From: Mobula hypostoma
Taxonomy: Eukaryota
Length of the DNA: 64,000 nt
Direction of reading: 5' to 3'
Assembly: GCF_963921235.1 (NCBI RefSeq)
Contig: NC_086097.1
Span: 158,102,001-158,166,000 of the forward strand
In this document: positions 51,838 through 64,000 of the stretch, piece by piece
Position numbering within the stretch: the stretch's first letter is position 1
How the letters are laid out: each line of letters begins with the position of its first letter
Program-made: the position numbers and the translations under genes
Notes under the pieces: model-generated
What the model was told of the DNA's origin: nothing
The model's database searches: none
The model's input: the letters and a program-made list of their open reading frames with translations, nothing else

Positions 51838-52747
51838 GGGGTAGAGGGGTGGGTTGGCAAGTTTGCAGACAACACAAAGGTTGGTGGTGTTGTAGATAGT
51901 GTAGAGGATTGTCGAAAATTGCAGAGTGACATTGATAGGATGCAGAAGTGGGCTGAGAAGTGGCAGATGGAGTTCAACCCGGAGAAATGTGAGGTGGTAC
52001 ACTTTGGAAGGACAAAGTCCAAGGCAGAGTACAAAGTATATGGCAAGATACTTGGTAGTGTGGAGGAGCAGAGGGATCTGGGGATACATGTCCACAGATC
52101 CTTGAAAGTTGCCTCACAGGTAGATAGGGTAGTTAAGAAAGCTTATGGGTTGTTAGCTTTCATAAGTCGAGGGATAGAGTTTAAGAGTCGCGATGTAATG
52201 ATGCAGCTATATAAAACTCTGGTTCGGCCACAATTGGAGTACTGTGTCCAGTTCTGGTTGCCTCACTATAGGAAGGATGTGGAAGCATTGGAAAGGGTAC
52301 AGAGGAGATTTACCAGAATGCTGCCTGGTTTAGAGAGTATGCATTATGATCAGAGATTAAGGGAGCTAGGGCTTTACTCTTTGGAGAGAAGGAGGATGAG
52401 AGGAGACATGATAGAGGTGTACAAGATAATAAGAGGAATAGATAGAGTGGCTAGCCAGTACCTCTTCCCCAGGGCACCACTGCTCAATACAAGAGGACAT
52501 GGCTTTAAGGTAAGGGGTGGGAAGTTCAAGAGGGATATTAGAGGAAGGTTTTTTACTCAGAGAGTGGTTGGTGCGTGGAATGCACTGCCTGAGTCAGTGT
52601 GGAGGCAGATACACTAGTGAAGTTTAAGAGACTACTAGACAGGTATATGGAGGAATTTAAGGTGGGGGCTTATATGGGAGGCAGTGTTTGAGGATCGGCA
52701 CAACATTGTGGGCCAAAGGGCCTGTAATGTGCTGTACTATTCTATGT
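51838..52747 (+). mobile_element. Young 5'-truncated CR1 inside the L1 inter-ORF spacer
   Basis: About 260 aa frame nearly identical to the 38383-39940 copy; same 3' tail. Confidence 0.95.
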
Positions 52748-54429
52748 CAAACAAAAATAACCAAAATTATGTTATCTCTTAAAAAGATAAACCAGCAACA
52801 TTTTAAATTTAACATTAAATCCCTAAAAAAAATGCTTTAAATTCGGTTACAAGACACTATAACAAAGCAAAAAAAAAGTTAATAGTATATTTAACCCAAC
52901 TAAATTTTCAAAAATACCAACTAGTAATATTGTATAAGTAATTGAACCTTTGCCTATGTACGGGGTTTTTCTTTTTTGTTAAATTTAAAATGGCTTCTTT
53001 GTTATGTTATACTGGGGGATGCTGAGAAAGTCTCTAACTAGACAGTTGCTTGGGTTATTATAGATGGCAGGGTGCTGGGTGGGACTTCCCCTAGACATAT
53101 ACAAGCCAATATAACTGAAACTTACACCTAAATATATATATTAAAAAAGCCCCATTAGTAGGAAAAACTACCAATTAATTAACTAAGAAAGAAAGAAACA
53201 AAAAAAAAATCAAACCAGATATTAGGTTAAAGGAACAAGTCCCTTTATCTTTTTTTTCTCAGTCGAATGTCCAAATAACCATTTAAACAGTCATAATTGA
53301 ACCATAGATCTTCTTTTCAAAAAAACCAATGAAATGCAATAATGAACAAATCCCCTTATCTTCTTTTAATAGTCTCTCAATGAAATGTCCAAGTAATCAT
53401 CGTAAATCTTCTTTCCGAAATGCCAATAATATATAGATAACCAAGCAGCCGTCCAAGGCAGTTTATGTGGCAGCTGCAGCAGGTATAGTTTGAACGAACG
53501 CCAGTGCAACTTCAGGATCAGAAAATGTACGAGGAGGAGAATTAGGAGGAAAAACATTAATTCTTGTTGGGTAAGGCAAGGAAGGGAACAGTTTGTTATC
53601 ATATGCCTGTTTCATTACCAGAGCAAATTTTGATCTTTGTTCCATTACTTCCTTCGGATAATCCTCATAAAAACGGAGCTCAGATTCCTTAAATCTAAAA
53701 ACTCTCTGTTTTCTTGCCTGTCGCATTATTTGATCTTTAATTTTAAAGTGATGAAAACAAACTAAAACAGACCTTGGTTTATTTGGGTCTTTAGATTTCG
53801 AAGTAAAAGCTCTGTGTGCTCTTTGTATAGCAGGCGGCTGTGATAATATGTTAGGAAATAAGGTATGAAAAAGCTTACCAAATTAAGCAGTTAAATCTCC
53901 ATCTTCAGCTCCTTCTTGCAGCCCAACAATTTGTATATTCCTTTGGCGAGACCTAGTTTCCAGGTCTATAATCTTATTTTGATACCTTTCCAAACGAGTT
54001 GTAGTTTCAAACAATTTTTGTTTGGTTGTCTTCAATTCCCCTTTGTGTGTAATAACTTGAATTTCCTGGTCTTTAAGTTTTCCTAGAAATGACTTGATTT
54101 CATTACTATTCTTTTCCAGTTGGTCTTTATTTGACCCATTCTGATCTTTAATTGAATTCAGTGTCCGAACGATATCTTCAGCCCATGGTGGCATTTCATC
54201 AGATCTTTCCTTTTGCATCTTTCCTTTCCCATTACCTTTATCGCTAGGTTCAGACAAGTTCTTCCCACTCCTCGTAGACATAGACTTATTGTTCTCTTTC
54301 AAGAATCAGCAAATAAAAATTTTAAATTCGAAGTTTAAACTAGGGGGAAATGAACAAAACTGGAAGCAGCACAAAAACTGCTGCTACTCCATTTACAGGC
54401 AGGCGCAGTCTCTCCAGATACGGGTTTTT

Positions 54430-55020
54430 ATAAAGATACATAGATAATTTATTGATCCCAAAGGAAATTACAGTTTCACGTAGCATTACAAGTTCACAGA
54501 TACAGAATATTAGAAGAGAAGTAGAAAGAATAAAAAAAAGTTACCTCAAGCACCCTAACAGGGGGAGGGGTCATTACTTCTCCAGCTTATAGGTTAACTC
54601 ATTTTAGCGCTTAATGGCCGAGGATAAGAATGACCTTGTATAGCGCTCTTTGGAGCAGTGCAGTTGTCTTAGTCTAATACTAAAACTGCTCCTTTGTTCA
54701 ACCAAGGTGGCATGCAGAGGGTGAGAAACACTGTCCAGAATTGCCAGGATTTTCTGTAGGGTCCTTTATACTACCACAGCCTCCTATAACAGAGCCAGCC
54801 TTTCTAATCAGTTTATTGAGCCTGATGGCATTACACATTTTGATGCCATTGCCCCAGCACACCACTTTATTGAAGATTGTACTGGTGGCAACAGACTGAT
54901 AGAACATGTGAAGGAGAGGGCTGCATATGACAAAAGATCTCAGTCTTCTCAGAAAGATGAGGAGACTCTGGCCCTTCTTTCATATAGCCTCTGTGTTGGG
55001 GCTTCATTCAAGTCTGTCAT
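54430..55020 (-). mobile_element. Rex1/Babar 3' fragment
   Basis: MFYQSVATSTIF..VCWG...RLNKLIRKAGSVIG. Confidence 0.8.
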
Positions 55021-55098
55021 GCTATGCAAAATTGGGGTATGAATAATTTAGCTCCCCTTTCATAATGTTAATATGTCACTTTGGTCAATTTTTTAAAG

Positions 55099-55191
55099 AC
55101 AAGTCTCACTGGAAATAACTTGACAAAGGAGGAAACCCATTTGAAATGGCCTGAAGATGTTCTTCTGTGTTCCAGCACTACAGTAGCAGTT
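55099..55191 (+). CDS. Possible fourth coding exon
   Basis: Acceptor TTTTTTAAAG|, open in the required phase 0 (TSLTGNNLTKEETHLKWPEDVLLCSSTTVAV). Donor GTT|GTAACT is weak; otherwise the frame stops 8 codons later. Confidence 0.35.
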
Positions 55192-55249
55192 GTAACTTTA
55201 TTATATTTAATTAAGTAGTCAGGGTAAATTACCAAGGCAAGGGTACAAG

Positions 55250-55750
55250 TTATATATCCTTGGATGTTTAAAGTTGTCATTTGGAATTCACCTCAGATTC
55301 TAAGCTTACCACTAATTCCATCCTTGATCATTGTTTTGACTGAAATGGATCTTAACCCTTTGATCTTTTATTAACCTTGAGCTAAGCATCAGAGCTTGCA
55401 TCATTTCAATCTATGCAGTATCATTCACCTCTGCCTCAAACCGTCTAATGTTGGGAGTTTCTTACACAACTTTATAATTAGAGTTCCCTTGTCCTTGTGC
55501 TGTTGTTTCAAATTTGTGTAATGAGTAACTCATTTAACATTTTTCAACTTGTACACCAGTTCAGAAGAAATCCATGAAGCTTCTGAGCTTTTGCTCACTG
55601 TACACCCTGAAATTGGTCTTTCTACGTTTTAAGACTGCCATCTTCAGCTATCCAGATGCTTGGCTCCAGTATATATTTTTTGAACCTTAGCCTCTATCTC
55701 TTCCCTCCTTTCTTCCCACCTGAATCTTTGATAACTCTTGTGAAAATTGC
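55250..55750 (+). mobile_element. Very old L2-like LINE 3' remnant
   Basis: Degenerate similarity to L2 3' ends (GCCATCTTCAGCT...CCTCTATCTC..CCTCCTTT), judged by eye. Confidence 0.45.
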
Positions 55751-56609
55751 TTGTTAACTACTGAGGTTCACAGAGATGTTTTCAATGGTGAAGACACTAA
55801 GGAACAACATAACACAAGGTGACACATTATTGTGTTGCCAGAGTTTTTGAAATAATCTATTTAGTCTTATTCCCCTGTTCTTTGCCAACCTCTATGCAAT
55901 TCTTTTCTCCCAAGTATTTATCCAGTAATTTTTTTCTTTGAAAGGCACATTGGAGTTTGTATCCACCAAACTATTGGGCAGTGCATTCCAAATCTTGATC
56001 ACTCTTTGCATCAATAGTTTTTTCCTAATTTCTTCTGTGGTTGTTTTATCAATCATATCTCATTATTCAGCTAGTGGAAACGGATGCTTTAATTTGTTCT
56101 GTATACCTCTCTTGATTTTAATCTCCCTTTGGGCATCTTTGTACTGTGGATGTTAATCTCATGAATGGATATTGGTGAGACTCCATAGCTGAAATACTGT
56201 TATCTCTTTATTTAAGATGTGAATATGTTGGAAGTAATTCAGAGAGGGCTTTCCTAAGTAAAAACCTGAACAGCATTAGTCTAGGTTTGTATCCACAGGG
56301 GTTGAGAAGACTGGATTGGAATGCAAGATCTTGATGAGTCTCAATGCTGCAGATGTGGAGAGGAAGTTTCCCTTCGAGAAGAACCAAGAACTAAATGTTA
56401 CAGTTTCAAAACAAGAGGAATGTCTTCTTGAGACAATTGTGACAATTGTCATAACATTATGATTCTCTGCTTCTACCACCCTTTGAGGAAGAGTGTTCCA
56501 GAATATTTCAATATTTTTAAGACCAGCAGAGAGGTTTTACATGGGAAGAGTGGGAGATAGGAATGTGACGTTGAAGTTACAATCAGATCACCCTTGATCT
56601 TATCAAAGA

Positions 56610-57360
56610 CCTAGTCATTGCCTTCAGTGGAGCGGGTGGGAGGGGGCAGGCAGTGTACACACCACTTTTTCCATTAATATTGCTGAGGTTGAGAGGGTCG
56701 AGAGCTTCAAGTTCCTTGGACTGACCATCACCAGTACCTTTCCCTGGTCCAACCATGTTGATGAAACAACCAAGAAAGCTCACCAGTTCCTCTACTTCGC
56801 GGGTCCCCTTTGCCGCTCATTAAATTTTATTGATGCACCTTTCTATCTTGATGCATTGTGGCTTGGTATGGCAACTGCTTTGCACTTGGCTACAAGAAAC
56901 TGCAGAGTGGTGGACATAACTCAGTACATCACAAAAATCTGCCCCTCCATAAACTATGTATACTTTTCGCTACCTCATTAAAACAGCCAGCATTATCAAA
57001 GACCCCACCCACCCTTGTCATTCTCACTTTTGCCCCCATTCCCCCCCATCCTACGTTCTGTTGGGGCAGAAGACACAAAAACCTGAAATCGTGTACCACT
57101 AGGCTCAAAGATTGCTTCTCTTTCACTATCATATTACTATCAAATGGCTCTCTATTATAGTAAAATGGACTCGGTCTACCCCATTATAAGCTGCGCCTTA
57201 TTACGTACCTGCACTGCACTTCTTTGTAACAATTTATTCTGCACTGTTATTCTTTTACCTTCTACTACTTCAAAGCACTGTTGTCATGAATTGATCTGTA
57301 TAAATAGCATGCAAGACAAGTTTTTCACTTTACCATGGTGCATGTGGCAGTAATAACTTA
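56610..57360 (+). mobile_element. Old Rex1/Babar fragment
   Basis: VERVESFKFLG and AWYGNC remnants. Confidence 0.7.
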
Positions 57361-57660
57361 AATTACTATTTTTAATGGCACACCAGGCTTTTGCTCCTCA
57401 TTCATATGTTCATCTGTCTAGCTGTTAAATTGCAGTTCCTCCTTGCCTCTGGAAACCAGTGATAATTTCCTTCCTGCATGACTTAAAGGTATGGATTACA
57501 AACAACAAGTATCTTGCGAGTTGCTGTCATCCTTCAGATCCATTGGCAGGTTAAGCAAATTATTGTTGATATCTTCTGTCACGTCAACATCCACAAAACT
57601 GAAGTGAAAGAGTTCATATTTTAATTAATAAGTAAGACTTCCAGAGCAGATGATTTTTGT

Positions 57661-58495
57661 TTGGTGGGCTGCAAGACCAGCCTTACTCAAGGCTGATATA
57701 CCTGGTGACACAACCAGGTGCTACGGTGTCTTGCAGCAGCGCTGGAAAGTCGGCGGATGAGCGTCAACACTCTCCCTCCCCCTTCATTCTGCTGGCCGTT
57801 AACAGCATTTGTCCGGGAAGGTGAGGGTCAAGCCAGAGTCGACACATCGAGACCAGACACTGGGCGGCTAGGCGGGGTACGTGATTGGAAGGCGGTGGCA
57901 GACTTAGGCCAGAGGCTCTGCTTCCCAACTGAAATTGCGGAAACCAACCTCAGACCAGACCTTGTGCTATGATCGGCCTCGCTCCATCTCGTTTACATCA
58001 ACCAGCTTACAGTGCCCCGGGAGGATGCAGTGGAGGAGGCCTACGAGCGCAAGAAGCTGAGGTATGCTGAGCTTTCAGCCGATGTGCAACAACGTGGCTG
58101 GAGAGCAAGGGTCCGACCGGTCGAAGTAGGCTGCAGAGGATTTGTAGCCACACCAACATCAAGGCTACTCCGGGAGTTGGGAGTGTGAGGGAAGACACAC
58201 CGACAAGCAGTCAAAGACCTCTCCAGAGCTGCTGAAAAGGGTGGTCAGTGGCTCTGGATGAAGAGATCCATCTGGGCCCCCAAGTGAGTGAAAGGCATCT
58301 GGGGGTGAGCCTGGGACACCAGGATTCACTGTTGAACCCTCTGGAGGTGTCGTGGGCCTATCAGCGAAACACTGAGGAAAGAGGGTGCTCACTTGATAAC
58401 CCAGAAGATGCCACCACTCACTTGGCCACCCCACAGAGTCTAGGCAGCATGTCTCAGGAGTGCAAATAAGGGATATTAACACCTAGTCCTACATA
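57661..58495 (+). mobile_element. 5'-truncated HERO-type non-LTR retrotransposon (restriction-like endonuclease)
   Basis: LVGCKTSLTQG.YTW.HNQVL, NLRPDLVL.S, LTVP.EDAVEEAYERKKLRY, RPVEVGCRGFVA, WLWMKR; followed by about 200 nt of 3' UTR. Confidence 0.85.
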
Positions 58496-59562
58496 ACATG
58501 CCGTGGAATTTCAGTCTCTAATTTGCTACTGCATCAGGGAAGAAGAAAAATACATGGATTTCTCAGGAATGCCTTAATTTTGATCTTCAAGAAAGGAGGC
58601 GAACCCCACTGCAGAGTACCAGACTAGAAAAGCTTCTGTTTTGGACTTGTATTAAAGTGGTGTGTAAAGGCTTAGTTGGGGGTATAGCTCACAGTTAAGA
58701 TTCAGAATGATTTCATCAGGCTGACAGAATAAGCAGGTACATATTCATTCCAAAGGGAAAATACAAGGTGGTCAGTTTTGTTCAGAAATAAGAGATGAAG
58801 CAAGTCAGTGCAATTTTAAGGGCTGCACAACAAAAGCAGATAACTGTCATTTTATAAATAAATCTTTAAAGTTGCCAGGGAGGTAAAGAAAATAGACAAA
58901 AAACATTGCTTAAGCTTGATGAATACACGCACAATATAAAATGTTAAGCAAATTGTGTGTTCATTTTTGAATGCTACAAGATCAAGGGTGATCTGATTGG
59001 GGAAAATGGATTGGAGCACTCCGCAGATGAGTCAGAAGATGTTAATTAGAATGGTTTCAGAAAATGACTACTAACAGGATGGAATGGAGAAGCTGAACTG
59101 CTTCTCCTTAGAATAGAAAAATTAGGACAGTTATGAGAGATATTATACAGTAAGGAAGGAAAACCTTTTCACTGTTGGAAGCTTTGATAACAATGATAAA
59201 AGAATTGGTGGCAACATGAGGCAGCAGTGTATTGTGATGTCCGGAGCAGTGTGATTATGTTTTGAACCTTTTACCTGAAAGAGCAGTGGAAAATTGATTC
59301 AAGCACAACCTTTGAAAAGTAATTGCAGAAATAGAAGGAAGCAAAAGCAGTGGCGTATCAGGAGAGAGTGAGGGTGGAATTAAAGAGACTTGCTCAAATG
59401 AGGCCTGAGGAATCATTGAGAAGTCAGCTGAAGTTCTAAAACTGGGCAGTGTGAAACTTGGATCAGAAATTTACAACATTGCCATTGCCATCTGGGAAGA
59501 GAAGCTTATGAGAGTGGACCTTGGACTGGATACTTATTGTGACCAGATTCTCAGAAGGAGCC

Positions 59563-59808
59563 TATTATGTTTTGTAACTTCAAAACAATAAATTATTTCA
59601 AACGAAGGCAGAGGTTAGGAATATTTGCCTAGTTCGAGTTTACTTTAAGTGAGGCACACATGTATCATGTGGTAGCATGCTGACATATGCAATTAATGTA
59701 TTTTTACATATAACCCATAATTAACTTATTTAAACAAACAAGAATGCTTAATCAAACAATATATATACAAGATTACTCAAATATAAATGAAACATTAAAT
59801 ACACAACA
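59563..59808. mobile_element. Short solo LTR
   Basis: T(A)TTATG...CACAACA termini; perfect 5-bp TSD GAGCC (59558-59562, 59809-59813). Confidence 0.8.
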
Positions 59809-60439
59809 GAGCCCAATTTGACATGTATTACCTGTGATCTGTTGCAGGGTTACTTGTCACTAGAAGTATCCTTAACTACCTCTTTGCCATGGATGAAGAG
59901 CTGGTTCCCAAATCATAGTATGATTTTGTTTATTCTGATGCACACTGTCCATGATGTTCACTATTCTACATTGACTTTTTCATGGTCAATGGGCATACCC
60001 GCAGAGACATTCTCAATGGAGACCAGAGTCAAGTACAGCCATTTTATTGTTTTGTTTGATCTTTCTCATTGCATTGCTGCAACTTGCCTTCACTAAAGCT
60101 CATGCTGGAGTGGAGCTTATCTACTAGACTAACGAGAAACTGTTCAATTTGTGGCACCTGCTGTTTAGCACCACTGTCATTCCACCAACAACTGCTTCAG
60201 AATGGAAATGATCTGTGTGTTTGCACACATTTAGAGGCTGAGTGTTCAATCATTATTGACTCATTTATTGTAGTATATGAGAGGTTGACACCTGCAGAAG
60301 TCCTCAACCAGCCTACTTCTTTTGTACAGATTCCTTCTGACTGTAAAGGTTCATGGCAAAATCTTAAAAAATAAGATCACTTCCTATATTTTGGGAGGCA
60401 CATGTGAATGAGAGCAGATAGTTGTTGAGGAATTTCACC

Positions 60440-60740
60440 GTCACCTTTTGGCCCACTGAATCAGCACTGACTATTGACCACCCATTTAGATTAATCTTAT
60501 GCTAATCTATTTTTTTTTAAATATTCTCCTCTCATTCTCAAACTCCTTCCAGATTCTACCACATATCTACACACCGGGGCAATTTACTGTGTCCAGTTAA
60601 CTTGCCATCTTACATCTTTAGGATATGGAAGGAAAATGGTGCATCCAGAGGAAATCCATATGGTTGCAGGGAGAATGTGTGAATTGCACACAGACAGCAC
60701 CTGAGGTTAGGATTGAATCTGGGTCTCTGGGTTTTTGTGT
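60440..60740 (-). mobile_element. Old V-SINE-like element
   Basis: Degenerate V-domain (GGAAGGAAAATGGTGCATCCAGAGGAAATCCA on the + strand). Confidence 0.6.
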
Positions 60741-61489
60741 GCATGTCAGTGGATGAAGACCTCATGCCCATGATACACCAAACAGTAGTAACCATTACCC
60801 TCCCATGTGCTACTGAAACTTCAGTTACTTGCAACAGGTACCCAATGCCGCCACCGAGTCCATAATACTCTCCAAATAAACTTTGTCAACTCCTCTCCTG
60901 CTCTAATATTCTCATTATTACCAACACTTGGTCACATCTATTAGGCAGCCCATTTTGTTTGTATGCCTGAAACCAAATGCCCAAAGTATACTCTCCATAC
61001 TGTCAGGTGAGCGGGTGAAAGTTTCAAAGAAATGCTCAAAATTTCTGCTGAGAAAATACAACATTCCCACAATGAGAGACTAGTGAAAGGGTTGTGCTGA
61101 CAATCTTGTTTATGATTTGACATGAATGCCTACTGTAAATTGTGGAATGAACACAATGCCTCCCAAAATGGCCAACCACCTGTTTTGTCAGCCATCACTT
61201 GTGAAAGCATTTCCTTTTGCTTCAGAACCTGTTAAATTGAAGTAGAAGCAAGAACTTTTGGATCCTGAAAGAGTGCCAAAGTCAGAGGAGCAGTTCTTCA
61301 AATGGGATATCATAGAGGTTCTTCCAATGCGATGTACTGAGTAGTATCCTTGTGTAGCCACTTGGAGGTAATTACATTTGGGGAGCACCTTGGTGGTGTT
61401 GGTGGCTGACATCAGACTCTCCTACATAGGACTTATAGAATGGAAATTATCCAGTCAAAAGAGATGTTTGTGTTCATCAAATTGTCATA

Positions 61490-63250
61490 GAGTTATACCC
61501 AAAGCTCTGGAGGAATGCGGGAGGTCAGGCAGTATCTATGGAGGAACTGGACAGTTGATATTTTGGGTTGAGACCCGATTCCAGTACTTGCTGTATTTTT
61601 TTTTGTCTCAATGTGTTGTGGGAACACTGGAGACAAGAGAGGAAATCAATGGTTCAAGCAGCATTGGTGGGAGTAAAGAAATTGCCAACCTGCACCAGGA
61701 CTGAGAGTAGAGACATGAGATGGCCAGCAGAGGGTGGGAAGGGGAGTAGCAAGAAAGGATGATTGATGGACTGAGGAAGGCTGTAAGATGACAAGCAAAT
61801 AGTGTCAGGTCAGGGAGATGAGCGGGGCGGAGTAGGAAGACTGTGAGTGACAGCGGAATGTTAGATGGAGGCAGACGGAGAGGGAGAGGAAAAAGAAAAA
61901 TAATGGTGCAAAGTGAAGGGAGAGTAATGTTAAAATGGGAAGGATCTAATGCTCGGTTCTGATATGTAAAGGAAGTGAGATGAGGAACCATTGGATTAGA
62001 AGGGAGAGGCGAATGACAGTTGGAACATGGGCACAAGAAGTAGTACCGATGCAGTCATCAGTGGTACTGGAAAAGGTTTGGAACAGGAACTGTTCCATGT
62101 AGATGACAGAAAGACAGCATAGGACCCATGAGGCTCTCCATAGTTACACATTGTGACTTGTCTTTTAAAAAAAGAGAGGGGAGTCAAAAGAGAACTTGTT
62201 TAAGGAAAGACCATGTTCAGCCAGGACATGAGAATGTTGGTTGGGGAGAGCTGGTTGTATCTTTCTTGTAGCAAAAAGACTTCATTGCAAAGATGAGACA
62301 ATGAGGGCCGGAGAATTGGAAGTCATTGGGGTGGTGTGCTGGTGAGGTGTCCCAGATGTTGGTGGGATGGGATGGGACTGGACAAGTGGAAACAGAATGG
62401 AGTTGATGTATGAAGAACTAATTCTGGTGGAGCAAGAGCAGGCAGAAACAATAGATGTAGAAGGACAGTCCTGTTTTTGGATCTTGGATGTGAAATCAAA
62501 GCAGGAAGTGTGGGGTTGAGGCACTAACAGGTTAAGGCTATGGAGGGGAGATCTGATGTAATGAAATCTGTGACAGTGTGGGAGATGATGGCCTGGTGTT
62601 TGTCAGTGGGGTCTTTGTCTAGAGCTGTTAAGAAGTATCTGAGAGCTGACATCTGGCCTCAAGGTAGAGGTCAGTCCACCAGACTGCAATGGAAGTGCCC
62701 TTTTCTGTAGGCCTGATGACTATGTTGCAACTGGTATAAAATGAATAGAGGGCTTTGAGCTTGGAGGGGTGAGCTTGGAGTTGGCCAGAGGAGTGGAGAA
62801 GTCCAGGCGATTTATGTCACAGTGGTAGTTGGAGGTGAAAAGGTCAAGAGAGGGTAAATGCCCTGCAGAGGGAGCCCAAAAGAAAGGGAGGTGTTGGAGT
62901 CTTGAGAAGGGATTAGTCATGGGGGGAGTTGGGGGTGCGGTGAAGACTCCTTGCCTAGGAAATGGGTGGAAGCAATGGAAGAAAAGCTTTACGTCATGAG
63001 GGGCCTTTATTGAGGTGTGGACATAGTGATGCAAAGGTGAGCCCTTTGCTGAGGATTAACCACTCAACATCAGAGACAAGGAGAGATGGTAAGACCCAGA
63101 ACTGGTTGGAAACAGGGCAAAGATTAGTCAGAAGAGGGGGGTTGAGGGTAATAGTAGGGGCGGTGGGTGAGATGAAGGGAAGAGAGATTCATAAGGATAA
63201 CTTGCAAGGCAATTTCAAATATGATTGACCCACTGTAGTGAGGGGATGGA
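61490..63250 (-). mobile_element. Degenerate Penelope-like retroelement (RT remnant plus terminal repeat)
   Basis: SKIQKQDCP..IVSACSC.T..SSYINSIL.PLVQS matches the PLE RT pattern 'PKIHK...RPIVS'; terminal repeat copy at about 61500-61710. Confidence 0.8.
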
Positions 63251-63259
63251 GGCAATATC

Positions 63260-63880
63260 TCCATTTAAGGGTTTAAAAGATTAGCTTTATTTGTCACATA
63301 TACTATATATCAAAACACAGTGAAATGCATCTTTTTGTATCAGTGATCAGCAGTCTGAGGATTGTGCTGTGGGCAGCCCACAATTCACGAACCCTAACCT
63401 TAACCGTTTAGAAACATAGAAAACCTATAGCACAATACAGGCCCTTCAGCCCACAGTGCTGTGCTGAACATGTACTTTAGAAATTACCTAGAGTTACCCA
63501 TAGCCCTCTATTTTTCCAAGCTCCATGTACCTATTCAGGAGTCTCTTTAAAGACCCTAGCGTATCCACCTCCACCATCGTTGCTGGCAATGCATTCCACG
63601 CACCCACCACTCTGCGGGGAAAAAAAAAACTTACTCCTGACATCTCCTCTGTACCTACTTCCAAGCACCTTAAAGCTGTTCCTTCTCATCTTAGCCACTT
63701 CAGCCCTGGGGAAAAAGCCTCTGACTATCCACACAAATCAATTCCTCAAAGAAAGGGAGGAAACTGAAGTATCCAGAGGAAATCCACGAGTTGCTGAGAA
63801 AATGAACAAACTCCTTACCAATAGGGGTGGCAGTTGAACCCAGATCAGTGGTCACTGGTGCTATGTGATTGCGTTAGCTT
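63260..63880 (-). mobile_element. V-SINE-like element interrupted by a CR1 3' fragment (about 63407-63735)
   Basis: CR1 tail AGAAACATAGAAAACC and FKVLGSRYRGDVR; SINE V-domain remnant at about 63755-63820. Confidence 0.65.
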
Positions 63881-64000
63881 AAAAGTTTGTGTAGATTGGA
63901 CATATCACCAAAAAGTGATAAACCTCTATAGATGCAGTGTAGAGTATCCTTGCTGGTTGCATTCCAGCCTGGTATGAAAATGCCAATGCCTATGAACGGA

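Larger units (their letters stand above)
47455..54413 (-). mobile_element. Full-length degenerate L1 LINE with two nested insertions
   Basis: ORF1 about 54300-53463 (ETRSRQRNIQIVGLQE, LRFYEDYP); ORF2 from ATG 51459 (ISWNV.GWN..KRKK..QETH, SDHAP, LYADD, SLVGRI, LEKI); A-rich tail; imperfect TSD CCAGATGTGA (47445-47454) / CCAGATACGG (54414-54423). Confidence 0.93.

Noticed and set aside
57435..57549. Candidate exon with donor AAG|GTATGG
   Set aside because: Open only in phase 1, which does not match the phase-0 upstream exons; cannot be supported without RNA data.
60069..60374. 101-aa ORF as a further exon of the + strand gene
   Set aside because: Weak splice signals and a phase mismatch; the surrounding 59.4-61.5 kb looks like a very decayed Gypsy-type internal region on the minus strand.

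Overview
Repeat-dense vertebrate genomic DNA. The repeat families (several CR1 subfamilies, HE1/V-SINE-like SINEs, Penelope-derived repeats, Rex1/Babar) point to a cartilaginous fish, probably a ray; this is an inference. Most of the window is transposable-element remains: many CR1 LINEs (often nested), a full-length degenerate RTE LINE (18663-21953), a full-length degenerate L1 (47455-54413), a 5'-truncated HERO-type RLE retroelement, Rex1/Babar, L2 and Penelope fragments, solo LTRs, and hAT and Tc1 pieces. Almost all ORFs in the supplied track are TE fragments or chance ORFs. Non-TE signal: a housekeeping-type promoter at about 30.6 kb (ZNF143/THAP11 motif, E-box, TCGCGA) with a first-exon donor. 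Downstream of it, three phase-compatible + strand coding exons (44374-44459, 45542-45651, 47167-47303, possibly 55099-55191) encode the N-terminus of a protein I do not recognise. Best leads: this gene, an intact minimal hammerhead ribozyme in a young Penelope-derived insert (3809-3846), a BED-zinc-finger transposase exon with splice sites inside intron 1, and an inverted pair of young CR1 copies bracketing the coding exons. Boundaries of old repeats are approximate and were set by eye; no database searches were run.
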